A stretch of 63,767 bases of DNA, the filler included. It is 8 parts of 8 records of this genome, joined end to end, with 100 filler letters (N's around TTAATTAATTAA, not from the genome) between each part and the next. Parts side by side here need not be neighbours in the genome. Positions count along the whole stretch, not along the records: positions 58,356 to 63,767 come from DRR723986_19930; 7 more parts are not named here. One strand, given 5' to 3'. Position numbers and translations under genes: made by a program. The notes under the pieces are model-generated. The model worked only from the letters and a program-made list of their open reading frames with translations. It did no database searches and was not told where the DNA came from. Below are positions 61,264 to 63,767 of this stretch, in pieces. Every line of letters begins with the position of its first letter. The stretch's first letter is position 1.

Positions 61264-61960
61264 AAGACGCCTCGTCTCCCAGCAACCAGATCACCGCATT
61301 TGCGACCTCTTCGGCGCTGCCAGCGCGGCCCAAAGGCGTGCCGCCGCCCAGCCGCGCGGCGCGGTCCGGTTGACCGCCTTTCATATGGATATCCGTTTCA
61401 ATCAGGCCCGGTGCCACGGCCATCACCCGAATGCCATTTGGCGCGACCTCATCTGAAAGCCCCTTTGTAAAGGTGTCGATCGCGCCCTTGCTTGCGGCAT
61501 AGTCGAGGTATTGATTGGCAGATCCAAGCCGTGCCGCAGCAGAGGAGATGTTGACGATCACCCCGCCGCCCGCAGGTTCCATCCGTGCCACGGCCCCCTT
61601 GGCCACCAGCATCGCGCCGATCACGTTGACATCAAAAATCTGCCGCAGGCGGGCGTGATCCATGTCAGTCAGCCGCGCCGCCTCTGCGACAATGCCCGCG
61701 TTGTTGATCAGCGCATCCAACCGCCCGAAATGATCATCGACCGCCCTGTACATGGCTTCAATGGCTTCAGGGTCCGCCACGTCCAATTGCAGGACGACCA
61801 CCTTTGCCCCGGCTGCACGGGCTTTGTCGGCAACATTCTCTGCGCCCTTGGGGTCAGAGTTGTAGGTCAGCGCCAGATCGTAGCCACGGCTGGCCGCCAG
61901 TGTTGCGCAGGCCGCACCGATGCCCGCAGAAGCGCCCGTGATGAGACAAACCGGACGCAT
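61223..61960 (-). CDS. SDR family oxidoreductase
   Basis: TGASAGIG, NNAG, YAASKG. Confidence 0.92.
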   Translation of the reverse strand: MRPVCLITGASAGIGAACATLAASRGYDLALTYNSDPKGAENVADKARAAGAKVVVLQLDVADPEAIEAMYRAVDDHFGRLDALINNAGIVAEAARLTDMDHARLRQIFDVNVIGAMLVAKGAVARMEPAGGGVIVNISSAAARLGSANQYLDYAASKGAIDTFTKGLSDEVAPNGIRVMAVAPGLIETDIHMKGGQPDRAARLGGGTPLGRAGSAEEVANAVIWLLGDEASYVTGSVLDVTGGR

Positions 61961-61961
61961 C

Positions 61962-63767
61962 TTATGCCCCCCGGATGCGGGTGAGCATCTCTGTTGTATC
62001 GGGGCTGAGATTCGGTGTGGCCAGTATGCGGTCCAACGCGGCGGCGGCCTTGGCCTGGCGATCCGCGTCATAGCGTTTCCAGGTCTGGAAGGCGGTGCAC
62101 ATCCGCGCCGTGGTTTGCGGGTTCACCGCGTCCAGCTTGATCAGCCAATCAGCCAGCAAGGCATAGGCGTCGCCGCTGGCGTGATGGAACCCCGCATGAT
62201 GCATGGACAGGCTGCCAAAGACCGCGCGGAAACGGTTGGGGTTCTTCCAGTTGAAATCGCTGTGCTTCGTCAGGCTTTCGGCCACGGCGGCGGCCTCTTC
62301 GGGCTTGGCTTCCAGCACCTGTAGGCCGAACCATTTGTCCATCACCAGCCGGTCATCGCGCCATTGGGTTTCAAAATTGGCGAGGGGTTTCTCGCCGTCA
62401 CCGGCGCGGATCAAACAGGCCAGCGCGCTGAGCTGTTGGGTCATGTTGTCGGCTGCGTCATACTGCGCTTGGGCCAAGGCCCCACCCTGGCGGCGAGTGA
62501 TCATGGACAGCATGGCGTTGCCGAGGCTGCGTTTGCCCGCCTGTTCGGCACCGGGATCATAGGGACCATCGATTTTGCAGGCGTCATAGATGGCTTGGGC
62601 TTCATCTGCAAACCGCGCGGCCATGGCATCGCGCATGGCCTCACCGGCGCGGTAGATCGTGGCGGGGTCTGGCACTTGACCTTGATCATGCAGGGCGGAG
62701 GCCAGATCAGATTGGCTGGGCAGGCCCAGCATCAAGGCGCGGTAGGCCGGATCAAGCGAAGCGTCACAAACCACCGCATGAATGCCATCCAGATAGGCGC
62801 TGTCAGGGGCGGCGCCCTTGGTGATCATCGCCAGCAGGGATTGCCGCGCCATGGTGCGTCCGGCCTCCCAACGGTTGAATGTGTCGGTGTCATGGGCCAG
62901 CAAATGCGCGCGATCCGCGTCAGACAGGTCATGGGTCAGGACAACAGGCGCCGAGAACCCGCGCAGGATCGAGGCCACGGGCCGTGCGCCCAGCCCTTCA
63001 AAAACAAAGCTCTGTCTTGTTTCGGTCATTTCCAGAATGCGGGTTTCAGCCAGTTCATTGCCATTGGGGCCAATCAGGCCGGTGGCAATCGGGATCACCT
63101 GCGGTTGCGGATCGGGTGTGGCGACACTGGGCGGGGTGTGCTGGGTAAAGGTCAGCGTCAGCGTGCCGTCCTCCCATGCCTCTTCAACACTCAGGCGCGG
63201 CGTGCCGGCCTGCCCATACCAACGCTTGAACTGCGACAGATCACGGCCTGTGGTGTCTTCAAACACCTTCAGCCAATCCTCGATCGTGGCCGCATCGCCA
63301 TCATGGCGCTCAAAGTAAAGATCCAACGCCTTGGCATAGGCGTCATCGCCCACAAGGGTCTTGAGCATCCCGATCACTTCGGCGCCCTTTTCATAGACGG
63401 TGGCGGTGTAGAAGTTGTTGATCTCCTGAAAGCTCTCGGGGCGCACGGGGTGGGCCAGTGGCCCCTGATCCTCGGCGAACTGGCGCCCGCGCAGGTCAAT
63501 CACATCCGAGATCCGCTTGACCGCCGCAGAGCGCATGTCAGAGGTGAACTGGCTGTCGCGATAGACGGTCAGACCTTCCTTGAGGCACAGCTGGAACCAA
63601 TCGCGGCAGGTGATACGGTTGCCGGTCCAGTTGTGGAAATATTCATGCGCGATGATGGCTTCGATGAGCTCGAAATCGCGGTCTGTCGCCGTTTCCGGGC
63701 TGGCCAGAACGTATTTGGAGTTGAAGATATTCAGCCCCTTGTTTTCCATCGCGCCCATGTTGAAATC
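61962..63767 (-). CDS. pepN: Aminopeptidase N (5' truncated)
   Basis: GAMENKGLNIFN, HEYFHNWTGNRITCRDWFQLCLKEG, YEKGAEV. Confidence 0.96.
   Translation of the reverse strand, partial: DFNMGAMENKGLNIFNSKYVLASPETATDRDFELIEAIIAHEYFHNWTGNRITCRDWFQLCLKEGLTVYRDSQFTSDMRSAAVKRISDVIDLRGRQFAEDQGPLAHPVRPESFQEINNFYTATVYEKGAEVIGMLKTLVGDDAYAKALDLYFERHDGDAATIEDWLKVFEDTTGRDLSQFKRWYGQAGTPRLSVEEAWEDGTLTLTFTQHTPPSVATPDPQPQVIPIATGLIGPNGNELAETRILEMTETRQSFVFEGLGARPVASILRGFSAPVVLTHDLSDADRAHLLAHDTDTFNRWEAGRTMARQSLLAMITKGAAPDSAYLDGIHAVVCDASLDPAYRALMLGLPSQSDLASALHDQGQVPDPATIYRAGEAMRDAMAARFADEAQAIYDACKIDGPYDPGAEQAGKRSLGNAMLSMITRRQGGALAQAQYDAADNMTQQLSALACLIRAGDGEKPLANFETQWRDDRLVMDKWFGLQVLEAKPEEAAAVAESLTKHSDFNWKNPNRFRAVFGSLSMHHAGFHHASGDAYALLADWLIKLDAVNPQTTARMCTAFQTWKRYDADRQAKAAAALDRILATPNLSPDTTEMLTRIRGA

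Overview
This window is not one locus. It is eight unrelated contigs joined by 100-nt N spacers that each contain TTAATTAATTAA (segments 1-8404, 8505-16350, 16451-23683, 23784-30992, 31093-37702, 37803-46164, 46265-58255, 58356-63767). Taxonomic labels below are inferred from gene content and style. (1) FCB/Bacteroidota-like accessory region: TPR-LuxR regulator, FG-GAP pseudogene, small secreted protein, two IS3/IS481-type remnants bracketing AT-rich passenger genes, and a truncated tyrosine recombinase. (2) Rhodobacteraceae-like: tRNA-Gly end, sulP, gcdH/LysR, pstCAB-phoU-phoB. (3) Betaproteobacteria-like: aceK, lipoprotein hydrolase, isovaleryl-CoA dehydrogenase, MBL hydrolase, CobW GTPase, dksA. 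(4) FCB-like: YCF48/BNR T9SS protein, Cys-rich secreted protein, two paralogous membrane proteins, GNAT, SRPBCC, tRNA-Ser(GCT). (5) Rhodobacteraceae-like: desaturase, two LysR, GcvT-family oxidoreductase, DMT. (6) Flavobacteriaceae-like: M12B-like T9SS protease, pdxA-DUF177-rpmF-fabH-accB-accC, riboflavin synthase. (7) FCB-like cbb3 oxidase cluster with two Crp/Fnr genes and a 34-bp tandem array. (8) Rhodobacteraceae-like: pepN, SDR, SLT, gatB start. The most notable items are a CcoN-CcoO protein carrying an extra fused CcoP-like c-heme domain, the alternating 34-bp non-coding array, the Cys-rich/YCF48 secreted pair and the IS-bracketed cassette.
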